Under the pieces are notes generated by a model. It saw only the letters and a list, made by a program, of their open reading frames with translations, searched no databases and was not told the origin of the DNA. This document shows, in pieces, positions 22,946 through 34,030 of a DNA stretch of 34,040 nt (within the stretch, counting starts at the first letter, position 1; the number at the start of each line of letters is the position of its first letter). A program made the position numbers and the translations under genes. This stretch comes from Phoronis australis (Eukaryota > Animalia > Phoronida). The DNA lies in NCBI GenBank assembly GCA_002633005.1, contig NMRA01000254.1, positions 561,102-595,141 on the forward strand. The letters are read 5' to 3'.

Positions 22946-25314
22946 CGTAAGTAGCGCAAAAGCTACAAAGCTTTTTAGGGACTGTAGTATCCGTAATTCT
23001 ACTGTCGCATAAGCCCATTTGAAGTGCTGCTGTCCATAAAACAACGTCCGCTTCTGACCGTTCAATGGCATTTCGCTGTAGGATTTGACTCTCTACGGTA
23101 TTTTATCATCTCTTGGCAGAAGACGACACCACTTACCTGTTCAATGGCCAAAAGGGTCCTCTGTTGTCAAACGCGATATGCACTGAGGCACACTTATTTC
23201 TTTACCAAGACAAATCAGCTTTTTGGCCGATTTGGAAAAAAATATGTATTACACTTTTTATTGTACAACATTGACTTTCCAAAAGCCAGGGAGCCATTAA
23301 CGTGATTGGGCCATGCTGTGTATCAATGTTATTAGTACACATGTAAGTGTAGCCTACGGTTTTATCATGTAAGGTGAAAATTCTGAACAACTGATAAATC
23401 TATTGCACGAACGAACTCATTGTTTTGTTGTTTGTTTTTCATTTGCCCTTCAAATTCTTTATATACAGCCATCTATTTTTAAACATAACAGTGAAATGTA
23501 TGATTGCAAAACATCCAAGCGAGGCATTTTTGCACAGTGTTTGAGATCTAGTTGTTGTAGCAGACGATACATGTATGCCAGCTTGTATCTTGGGAAATGG
23601 TTTAGATTTTTACTGGGGTTGAAATGTTTTTTTTTTCAAGTGTCGCACCACGGTTTCTTGCTGTTCGTAAATATCGTTAATTAAAGATAGTTTTCTTTGA
23701 TTACAATATTTGTAGGTATGTATGCAGCGGTGCTCCTGTTGACAGTAATCCTATTGCAAGCGATACAGAAATGACAGTACAAAAGTGTTGCGACTTTGGA
23801 ACAAACTTTGCGTTATGAGATAACTGAGAAGTCTACTTCATCAAAGGGGTCTGACAAAAGTTCAATCCAACTTTGAATTTCGTAAAACTTTTAATTTTTG
23901 TAATTTAATACTACGAATCTTCAGAACAAATTGGGGCTCATCGCTACAATATCAAAAACTCAACGCAAAATCTATTTTTTTCGAATTATGACATATGTTA
24001 TTTGAAATGACTAATAATATCGAAAATAGTGTTTTATATTTGTTGTGCAACAGAGACTTTTTACGTTTCTTGTAACTAGTCCAGTTTCTGAGATCACCCA
24101 CAGCTGGTTATATATTGACTGTCACATGTTTACCTGAAACTTGATGGGGGCTTGGTCTACCCCTAGATATGTACTAAGTCACCTTTGATTTTTCTGACAC
24201 AAACCTCATTGGCGCTTTTATGTCGATCTTGCAAACATGTCTTTTTCGACAGTTATTGCACTAAGAAGCTGCCAACTTTGCAAGACTTTTGAGACATCTT
24301 AATAGTTAGGAATAACTTTTTTTTTCTGTGAATTCATCCGAACCACGTTTAAGGTAGACATTTTAGTAGTTATGCATGGGCTTTTCAAAAACTGAGATTT
24401 TTTTAATTTTCAACAGGCTGAATTTGTCCATTTTCAATGAGAAAGCTAGCAAAGGATATAACATGTGTGAATAATAAAAGCAGTGTGAATTGATAGTATT
24501 AGGCTAGTTTAGTGCATGCATCAAGTGAAAAGTTTGGTCTTTTTTCCCCTTAGTGGTTAACATGTACGTTTACTAAGCATACCTTACACTATTTAGCTTA
24601 AATGAGCTACAGTGATTACACAGCAATTTTATAAAACAATACACTACAATCATTACGATTTGTATACACTAAGCAGATTTGATGGTATTTCTTTCGTTTA
24701 GAGTGTTCTAGGACCATCGGAAACGAAAGAAAGTGATCAGGGACCAGTCGTTATCCCATTTCTGTTAAGTTACAAGGGATTTTTCTAAGTAAGTCTGATA
24801 ACAACATTCACATCAAAGTGGTGGTGATGACGCAGCAGCGCGAAGGGTATGGAACAAGAGTGAAAGTGGTGTTGTGATTGTGGCGACTTTGGTCCCTCAA
24901 CCAATTACAAATGCGATTATTTTGATACAGCGAGATCTGCGTGTATAACATAATGTTACTGAGATCAATCACTAGAATACACCTTATTAGAGGGCAGCGT
25001 GTAGCAATAGGTTTTAGCCTAAAGAACTGTTGGAAATATTTGCTTATGCAGACACACGGAAAAATCCTTAGAGCATAAACCGCATTTTTGCCATTTATAG
25101 GTTGGATTTTCTGGATTAGTGTACACCCAAAAAGCTGCCTTTGAAAGACAATTCTTATATAACTGGCATGAAAATAATGTCCTCTTGTACAAAACGTCCG
25201 ACATCAATTTCGTGGAACATGGGCATCCGGGTAATCGCCCCTATGCCTGCATTCAAACATTTGCCGGTAGAACAACAGTTTAAATTTTTAATATGTATTA
25301 ATGCAAGATGAAAG

Positions 25315-25514
25315 TTAGAGTGGGACATAACGGAATTTAAAATGTTAGGTATTGATGTTAGTTTTAACCTACAAAAATGATTAAAGTCAACTACAATGAG
25401 AGGATTGATGAAATCAGTAATCTAATAAGAATTTGGTCAAGAAGAAAAATCCATATTATTGAGAAAGTTGCGCAAAAGTAAAGACCTTGATGGTGCCAAA
25501 ACTTATTGACTTAA
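25315..25514 (+). pseudogene. Tx1/L1-clade non-LTR retrotransposon ORF2 remnant, 5' part (post-RT region)
   Basis: LEWDITEFKMLGIDVSFNL..VNYNERIDEISNLIRIWSRRKI...VKTLMVPKLIDL matches the Tx1-type pattern W...K.LGI...NY......W.RR.L...GK...K.L...KL. Frameshifted. Confidence 0.75.
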
Positions 25515-27415
25515 GGAGGTGTATACACAGATCAAATCTCCAGGTTCCTAACCAAAATGAGTAAAAAGGGAGTTTTAACTAGTTAGACATGACTCTGAAA
25601 GTTACAAAAATCGAAAAAAAAAGTTTCTTTTATAGTTCATTTTTTTAAAAAATCGTATTTTTTAATTTTCAAAAAATCCAATTTTACCTCAGTCGAATTT
25701 TGTTTCAAAATGCACAGGGATCATCATCAACTGTTTCCTTACGCAATATTCTACTTATCCATACCAAATATATGTACAAAATCGTTATGATCTTGATTTT
25801 GTGGCATTTTTTGTGTGTGAGTTGGGGCAAGCACGCCACTCTTTGTCATTTGGTCACTTTCCGTCTAATAACTAAAAATCTGGTCCATTTATCAAAAAAC
25901 CCTGGCACGCAATTTTACTTCAGTCCTAGAGGATTTCAAATTTGCAACTTTCGTAAAAATTGACGCAAGTGTGGTGGAAAAATAGGTCCGAGAATGTTGT
26001 CACTATCCAGAAATCACGAGCCGAGAAAAACGGCTTTGAAGTTAAGCGATCATCGATTGCCACTTGAGATCAAATTTCGTTCAGAATGCGTGGTCATTAT
26101 GTTCCAATTTTTGTTGAAGTACTAGAAATAAAGCTGATATTTACTTCATAATTAGCAAATGTGACATACCTGTTTGTTTACAGCGTAATTTTAATCATTT
26201 TTTCGAACTTGTGAAGCACGACAGACGACCAAAACAAACATGGCTGTTACGTGGGCGGAGCTTAGTGTTGATCTACTGTCTGCTGTACTGGTGTACCGAC
26301 CACACATTAAAACCATGTGTTGATTGTTTATACGATTCATGTGAACTCTCCACTCAGTTTGTAAAAGACTCTCTAACTATATTACACAGACCTATTTGTT
26401 AGTATTCCAATATTATCATCAACCAATATGTGTGTTATATCAAATCGCCGCGTTACTGCCTACAGTGTACATAACAATATTGGCGACGAGGATAAAGAAC
26501 TACTTTCATAGTAATGGTTCAACATTTCACGTGCCTGTACCGAATGGACTTTGGGATGAGAAAATATCACTTTCTGCGCAAATAGCGCCGCTTGGGTGAG
26601 ATTCTCAAATTACTAAAGTTTCTTATATTGCTTTCCTCTAAAATCGTATAATATCATAAGTTTTAATTCAGAGTTACGTTTGAATCTACGCACTAGAAAA
26701 TTATTTGTTATGTTGAACACTGGGTCATTTCTCTAATTCTTTGGTTTACGGCCAGTGGCAAGATAAAAATCCTCTGCGTTTGATAGCCTAGTTTCTCCAC
26801 GGCGCGTTCCCAGCAGAAGCACGGTTTATCTGCGAAGACTCGTCTCTGACGGCATGTAGTTGTCCATGTGTCGCACCTTATATTACCGACTTCTCTTATA
26901 CATGCACAAATTTCTGCAGCGGACTCCTCAAGTTAAGTGCAGTGATGGCTTCGGTAGGGTTTGGCGTACTCAACTTAATTTTTTGCAGATAGACAAACAG
27001 GCTCAGGCTCGGAACAGGAGCTAGTTCACCATTTCACTACCAACTTTCACATGGTCAAAAATAGAATTGTTTTATTCTCGGTCTTGCTACAACACCAATA
27101 TCAGCTGGTACATCACTCTCGATTGTCCGGTTACGCAATGCTTGTTGACAGGGTTAGATTAGAGCTAGTGCCCTTGTATATAAGCTCCGCCCCAGTTGTC
27201 AATCACTGAGCTGGTGAGCACTCTAGCCATACGACTTACTGAGGCTTGGTCAAATCAATGAGCATAGCTCATTGGTCAAATATAGCTAAAAACAACTTTG
27301 GATTTTCAGAATGATTTTATTTTTTTTCAGTACACTGTGCATCAAGAATTAAAGATTAAGATGACATAAAAATGTAAAAAACAGTCAAAATTAATTTTTT
27401 GTGTATCCACCTACC
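25515..27415. mobile_element. Non-autonomous Kolobok-type DNA transposon (1.9 kb) inserted into the LINE
   Basis: TTAA at 25511-25514 and 27416-27419. TIRs GG-AGGTGTATACACA / TGTGTATCCACCTACC (1 indel, 1 mismatch). The LINE reading frame resumes on the far side. Confidence 0.85.
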
Positions 27416-28204
27416 TTAATGACAACCTGCCTACTTTATCAGACATTATTATGGATGAATTGAACGCGTTTTAATTAAGTAAACAGCCCCATAAAGATGC
27501 GAATGATTTACTCTCAACAAGTTTACAGCACAATGATGAAATACTATGTGCAATACAGGTGTATACTCTATATAACACCTTTTAATATCCGTAATTTTTA
27601 AGTGCACGTCAATATGTAAAATGATATATGAAATTATTTGCCAGAACAAAAGTTTGTCATTGTCCAACAAGGTTTCAAGAAGGTTATAAGCGATGACTGG
27701 AAAATTTATTTCCATTCTACTTCCGATATCAAGTTATGTACTGTACATTGCAGTTTACACAGTTACATGTACATAGAATACTTGAAACGAACACTTTTTT
27801 TAAAAAAATAACTTTGTGGACTCTGATGTGTGTACTTTCTGCCAGTCACAAACTGAAACAATAGTACACATTCTTTTCGAATGCAATAATATAAAAGAAG
27901 AATTACGCAGTTGGGTGTTGTCCGTAAAAAGTATTAATTTGATTATTGACAAAACATATGATTTTCGGTTTGCCTATAATCATTGAAAATCAATTTTGAA
28001 AATGGATTCTTTTGCAATTTAAATATTTTATTTACGTATCTAAGTGTAAAAAATAATCCACAACTTCTGGCATTTTCTTAAGATATCAAAAAGAGAATTA
28101 TATATTCAATGAAGAATTTTATTTAATAATGATGATTTAGATGAATACCAGAGAACGTGGAGAAACTGGTTAACCGTAACTTTTTCCTCACAACATCCTA
28201 GCTA
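27416..28204 (+). pseudogene. Tx1/L1-clade LINE ORF2 remnant, 3' part with zf-RVT zinc knuckle
   Basis: LPTLSDIIMDELN..., HRILETNTF, CTFCQSQTETIVHILFEC (27831-27884; CxxC-x8-H-x4-C), KWILLQFKYFIYVSKCK, EYQRTWRNW. Many frameshifts. Confidence 0.85.
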
Positions 28205-28206
28205 AA

Positions 28207-28256
28207 GTGGGTGGGTATGTGTGTGCGTGCGTGCGTGTGTGTGGTGAGAGTGAGAA
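28207..28256 (+). repeat. Compound (TG)n/(CGTG)n microsatellite just 3' of the LINE remnant
   Basis: gtgggtgggtatgtgtgtgcgtgcgtgcgtgtgtgtggtgagagtgaga. Confidence 0.85.
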
Positions 28257-28505
28257 TGGATTACATTTTTGTATTCCATGTCTTTGAATTCAAATTTCTT
28301 GATACCAATAAAAAGCCGGATTGGCACGAAGGAAAAAAATAAGTCTATCTCACATTGTCGTAACTCTATCTTAAGTTTGTCAAAATGGTCGTCTTTCACA
28401 TTCCGCAGGGAAGAAATGAAATCAAACTAGGGTATATTGAGTGCAACTTCATTACGAATGGTTTGTTGAGCGCTACAGAATTGACAGAAATGCAGGCGAT
28501 ACCTT

Positions 28506-28593
28506 GGGCCCGTTCCAAGAAAACTGTCTTAGCTAAGACAAATCTTAAATTTAAGTCAAAAATGAACTTAAATGAGTTTCTTGGAACGGGCCC
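28506..28593. mobile_element. 88-bp PIF/Harbinger-like MITE
   Basis: Perfect 17-bp TIRs GGGCCCGTTCCAAGAAA / TTTCTTGGAACGGGCCC, with a 3-bp direct repeat CTT on both flanks (28503-28505 and 28594-28596). Confidence 0.85.
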
Positions 28594-29717
28594 CTTGTCC
28601 ACTTTCTGAAAGTTGAACTTGAACCGGAAACGAGTAAAGGATATCCGTTTACAACGAAGCGCTAAGTACAAGTACATGTACATATGTCAGTTGATATGAC
28701 GTCAAGTCCCATGGCCGAGTCGGGCAGCAGAACGAAGGTCTGCTCGAAAAAAGTATTTGTTCGAGTTCGAAGGATTTAAAGACACCGAAAGCCTTCTAAA
28801 GTGTCCCTCAATGCCCAAAAACTGCTCATGGCAACGTGACTTTGATGGTTTGATCACTGAGAAATAATTTGCCGAAAACCTCCGGAATATGAAGGTCCTA
28901 TGGCAGCATGTCTTTTACTAGAGACAGCACTGTTTACCATGGGCGTAGTTACCAAAAAAGTATAAATGTCGTAAGAACCAACCGCGACATAGATGAAATC
29001 TGCTAACTCCAGTTTGATTGAGATGCAATAAGTGAAAGACAACCATTTACTAGCATTTTTTTAATTCAAGATGTAAGAAGTATTGGTTTTTAGTTGATTC
29101 TTGCATCAATTCAAGATTGACGCCACTAAAGCATCACCAAGAGCCAGAATGACCATTGGTGAAAATCACTGATGCAGGGTTTAGCATCCTTCAAGTTTAA
29201 AAAATATTTGGAGTTGTATTGAATGGGCATTATTTGGACTGAACTAACTTGAGTTAAAATTCGTTTGATGATTTTAACTAAAATGAAATGAATAATTTGT
29301 ATTAGTTTTGATGATTGTGTCAGATACTGCAAATTACATGTCAATCTCCCCCATTGTCCTTCTGGCGCATATGCATTGCATTTCTCCAAGTTGATATAAT
29401 AATTGTATCTTCCGCAAAAGTGAACACGACGTTCGGTCAAAGTGCCCTCATACGCGTCACCTTTGTGGGATACCAGTCCTGCCCATTGGTCACAATGAGA
29501 TCGAAATAATCTGAAAGTTTGTAAAAAGTAAGATATCACGAGGTTCCGCGATACATCACCGTGTATTTCAAATGTGAGCTCGTGATTTTGACTAGATTTT
29601 TTTCGCCACGGAACTGCTATTGAACTCGATCCAGGTCAGCTCAGTTCAAACATAGCCACATAATGTCCTTGCCGTAAAATATCACCAATTTCGAACAAAA
29701 TATTTGCAAAAGTTGAC

Positions 29718-29773
29718 CAATGAGCTATACCAGGTCGTGGTCGTTTCTACTCCTCTCCTGGTATAGCTCATTG
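29718..29773. repeat. Perfect 17-bp inverted repeat with 22-nt loop (probable terminus of a hairpin-ended non-autonomous element)
   Basis: CAATGAGCTATACCAGG (29718-29734) and CCTGGTATAGCTCATTG (29757-29773). Confidence 0.85.
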
Positions 29774-30475
29774 AGCCCTACAAGTACATGTAGTTTCCCA
29801 TGGTGCTCATGTTATTAATTAGTTGTATTTTCATTGTTATTTTTGACACCACAATTATGTTACTGTTGTAGATAAAGGTATCGTTGTTGTTGTTGCTATA
29901 GTTTTGTATGTTTTTTGTTTATTTACGCATACCTTAGTGTTTCTTTATTTAGAAAACAAATCCTCTCAAAGTATCCTCAGTTCTTTGTTAATAACCACCA
30001 TACACGTTGAGTAGCGGAACGCGTTAGAATTTTGAAGATTCGTACACACGGAGACGTGAGCGATGAGAGAGGAGCCTTGTACATGTACATGTACTTAAAC
30101 ATTTTCGGGTGTCACCTTCAGGGGGTAACTAGAAATATTATCCCCTTCTAGAAATGGTATTTTATGTACGATCTCGTCTTGTATTTTGGTCCATCAGCTT
30201 ATTTAAGAAATAGTACAATTTATAAAGAATACTCAAGTGTTGCACACATAGTCCAGTCATTCCATGGATAACCCGGAAATAATTGCAACAGAAGGTGTTA
30301 CTGAATAAATCGTACGCTATCACACCACTTAGTGTGAGAAAAAAAGTCTACCAGAATCTGTGTGGCTGAAGTTGGTTTTTCAAGGTGGCTGACAAAATGA
30401 CCGCCAGATTTGCAAATGCCCATTATAACTCGAGAGTGTTATTTGATAGAGTAAAAATTCAAAAAGATTTACGTA

Positions 30476-30845
30476 TCTTCTGTGGGTCACCAAATCCATT
30501 GGAAATGGTTTTGCATGGCTGCAGTGACACCATCCGCCATTTTCCAAGATGGCCATCAAAACTACCTCGAGTCACACAATTTTGCACGAACAGATTGGTG
30601 AATTGTCTTGACTGAATCATTGCACTATAGGTTTTCTGGGTCGACTAATCCACTGAGACTCATTGCGTTTGGCTCTAATGATTACTTCCGCCATTTTCTA
30701 ATATGGCCACCAAATAGTTGCTTCGTGTAAGAACTTCAGATTCCAGAGACAAGCCATCGTCATATTCTGAGTTTCATAGATCAACTTGTCCATTAAAATT
30801 ATTTTTGTCTGGCTCTGATTTATACGACTACCATTTTCAAGACTG
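30476..30845 (+). repeat. Degenerate subterminal tandem repeat of about 140-155 bp (3 units) carrying CCGCCATTTT...ATGGCC motifs
   Basis: Unit: tgggtc.c.aatcca.tg...tggct...tga.....ccgccattttc.aa.atggcca.caaa. CCATTTT anchors at 30534, 30688 and 30828. Confidence 0.7.
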
Positions 30846-31219
30846 TTAAATAAAATAATAACTTATTTGGGTGAAGAACATCAGGTTCACTGGGACTGAA
30901 GAGTCATTCTCCGTTAACAAAGTGCTGTGTCGAAAATAATTCTCCGCCATTAATTCTGCAATCGACTATCCACACCAAGTGACATTCGGTGTCACCTCAA
31001 GTTAGTTGTAAATGTTAGTGAATACAGCAACGGTTGAGACAGGAGAAAGGTTTAGCAAGGTATGTTTAGCAAGTTAAACAGTTAATAAGCGCTTGTACAG
31101 CTCCCACTAGTTTCTCTTTAGTGATGTTACAGGTGTGTCCAAATCAATAATTCTCAGTCTGTGATCAAAATCTATACACAAAAACAAATATTAACACAAC
31201 TAAATATCTTTCCACTGAG

Positions 31220-33340
31220 AATGAATTGCTGCAGCTTATATCACTGCATTCTCCATATGAAACTGATCACGGCAATTCTTACTTCTTGCGTTTACATCTC
31301 TTGGAATTGCAGTTGGTCTTGCACGAACATCTTACTATCAGCTGGGTCTCTGGTGCTGCTGGCTGGTCCGTCGTCATGGAAATGAGTTTTCCACCTGCCA
31401 GCATCCATCCTCAATCCAGCGGGGCTAGGTCACTGCCACGGAAACTTGACCAATCTTAATTGCTCTTGTCCTGGCAGCATGGAATTTACCTGCTGAAGCA
31501 GTTGGTGGTAATGACTATTTGGACTTGGGCTACGCTTAGTGACACATTTTCCACAAATCGCCTGCATTATAAGTCACTTAAATTTCCAGAGCCAGTACCG
31601 CCGTGAAGCACAGTTTTTACCAAGTTCAAATATGTCTAGCCTTTTCGCAGAGTTCTAGATCATGCACTTTCTTGAATGAGAAAGCCTTGCCAATACCGAA
31701 CAGCCGTGATGTTGTATCGCAACCACCTATTGCATGCCCAAATGGCAAAAGCGAGCAAGTTTGGCACCAAGAGACAACTGTAGTTTCTTGATGTCCCAGT
31801 CTCCTCTCGTTTTGTTGCCTCTTGTGAGATCATGAATATTGGAAATTGTTGTGAAGTAGCATGGCAACACAAAAGAACCAACAAGTCTGTATCGTCTGCA
31901 ATGACGCTGGTAGGACCTTGTGCTGCATTATCTACTGCTTTTTCTAAAACTAAAACATCTGCGTCACCTTGAGCTTGTACCACTGTGCAACCAGCGTTTC
32001 GAGAAGAAGTGAATGAATCTTTGTTTGTTTTTGCTGTTTGCCAAAAATGTGAATTTTCTTCTTTGTCTTGATCACTATGTCACCGTGGAAGTGAGCTTTA
32101 GCTCCAACCACTGCACCCAATTTTCGAACAAGGGAAGCCATCTTAAGTTGATGGGCTACCTCCATTACTATCAAAAACAACACTTAAGGCTGGGTGTACT
32201 TGCTGACGTAATCCACATCAACTCTACCAACTGACTGAAATACTACACCACTAGGCCATAGAATTCAGTGAAGGAGAGGACCACTGTCAACTGCATGCAT
32301 CATCATGTTTTCTGGAAATTTGTAATCCTCATGTCGGTCGTGCTCCACTGGACTACAGTGCATCAGAGAAGACTAAATGTATCAAAAAGAGCAGGGGAAC
32401 CAACACACAGCTCAAACTTCAAAAGGCTTGATAAACATTCACTGTTGTCTTCTGTAGCTGTCAGTAATCGCTAGTTAAGTAGCAGTTGTGTATCCACTTG
32501 TGTAAAACCCCTATTGGCCTCATGAATTAGTGGTCTTGTCATTGTCACAACCTTGTCTTTCTTTCTGAATGTGAAGTCTTCCACACTCGACCACTCTTAG
32601 ACAAGAGAACTGCCTTCCCTGCTTCTGTGGCATTTTTGGCAGTGACGCGTGTGCCTGAAGTCACAACAGTGGTGATGTTCTGTAATCCCTTTCAAATGGG
32701 TTTCTGTTGTGGAGGAATTCCACAAGGATGAGAATGTCTTTGTCATCCCGCGACTGTCTTGCCAGGGTACATTCTTTATGCTGCTTACTTGTTTCGCAAC
32801 TCAAGTTTGTACTCTGCATGGCGCGATTTATACTTGAGCATACATGTACATGCCGGCACGGAAAGCAGCAACAGTGCATGCTGCGTATGTCCCATTCCTA
32901 AACCTTTAGTTAAAAACCTCCTGTTGATTTAATGGTTTTCATGAGCGTTTGTTCAATTACAAGGTCAGATGACAAGCCTTCCCAGAATCTGTGACTTCGT
33001 TTTATGGCGTGGTGACTGTTAATAAAGGTGCTGTAGACGGTCTTGATGGGTGTCTTTGAGTTGTTGCATCTGCTGCAAGTATGTGAATACTGATTTTGCA
33101 TATGAGATGTGACCAGCAAAGTAAGGCAGCATATTAGAAAATTCTTTTAGGTAAAGTTCCCGGTCTGGCGTTATTTCTGCTTTTAGAAAAAGTCAAAAGA
33201 TGTCATCCATCTCCGTATACTGTAGCTACATGTAGATACTGCTGGTTCGACTTTGCAAAGGCAAGTCTGATTTATATGCTTCGTTTTTTTATGGATTACT
33301 ATAAGACGTACACTACGACGAGCATACATGGCCACACATT
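31220..33340 (-). pseudogene. Academ transposase / XPG-FEN1-like nuclease / Cys-rich (CXC) ORF pseudogene
   Basis: Fragments in order: QSRT..LQYTEM..FLKAE...MLPYFA-GHISYAKS..YLQQM; HAIKRSHRFWEGLSSDLVIEQTLMKTIKSTGG; NRNPF; FELC..PALFD; VDSGPLLH; VVFDS; GDADVL...VIADDTDLLVLL; HAIGGCDTTSRLFGIGK; LPPT..A.KFHA.R; GW; RCSCKTNCNSKRC...GEC...CSN. Many stops and frameshifts. Confidence 0.9.
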
Positions 33341-33988
33341 GACATCATGCCAGTGTGCTGCGCGTTTTGTTGATCTGCGCTATATGCGGATGACGTCATC
33401 AAAACCGGGGTAAATCCATATATTGCGCAGGCCCGTTTGTGGATTCCTAAAACGCGCAACACTTTAGGAATCGTGCCGATTTACGGGTAATAGAACAGGA
33501 AATGCTTCGTATGATAATAATTCGATGATAATAGTCCAAAATTATGCGTTTTACATTAATTAATAGATTTTGGTCGCATTTCCTGTATTTTTTGATAATT
33601 TCGTGATGCCCCTACTGAACGCTGATTTTACTATATACATGTACGTTATATGTAGGAATACAAATTGTCGAAGACGTACAGTGTATGCCTCATTTATTCA
33701 AAACTTATTTAGGCATCTACAGGGTATAAAAGACGTTTGTGTTGTTCATAATGCCAAGCGAGCAGGGCATTGTACTGTCTGCGGATTTTCGTAGTTAATT
33801 TGTATTCTAAATACCGTCGCGTAAGGCGTCAGTAATTTGCCCTTGTTGAATGTCGGTTGATTTTCCGCGCAGAGTTGTCTAAATGATTTAGGCAGATTAC
33901 ACAGCAAACAGGTAAACAGTTAAAACTTTGATCACCAACATCAAAGCATTGATACGGGCTCCTTAACATAACGCTAAACCCTCGTGAG

Positions 33989-34030
33989 AGACCGCCCCGA
34001 GATGGATGCTGGAGCAACTCGGGGCGGTCT
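33989..34030. repeat. GC-rich perfect 13-bp hairpin, probably the core of a tiny MITE cut by the window edge
   Basis: AGACCGCCCCGAG (33989-34001) and CTCGGGGCGGTCT (34018-34030), 16-nt loop. Confidence 0.7.

Larger units (their letters stand above)
30249..33340 (-). mobile_element. Decayed, 5'-truncated Academ DNA transposon
   Basis: Contains the Academ-type ORF remnant. Candidate terminus TAGTCCAGTCATTCCATGG at 30249, followed by subterminal repeats of about 150 bp. The opposite end is not seen in the window. Confidence 0.7.

Noticed and set aside
19552-24360. Additional TTAA-RR starts (TTAAAGGTGAACAC at about 19552, TTAAGGTAGAC at about 24349) as Kolobok termini
   Set aside because: No matching inverted partner found in the window.
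28706-28772. A-box-like TGGCCGAGTCGG with downstream GAGTTCGAA
   Set aside because: The B box is poor and no cloverleaf can be folded, so it is not supportable as tRNA or SINE.
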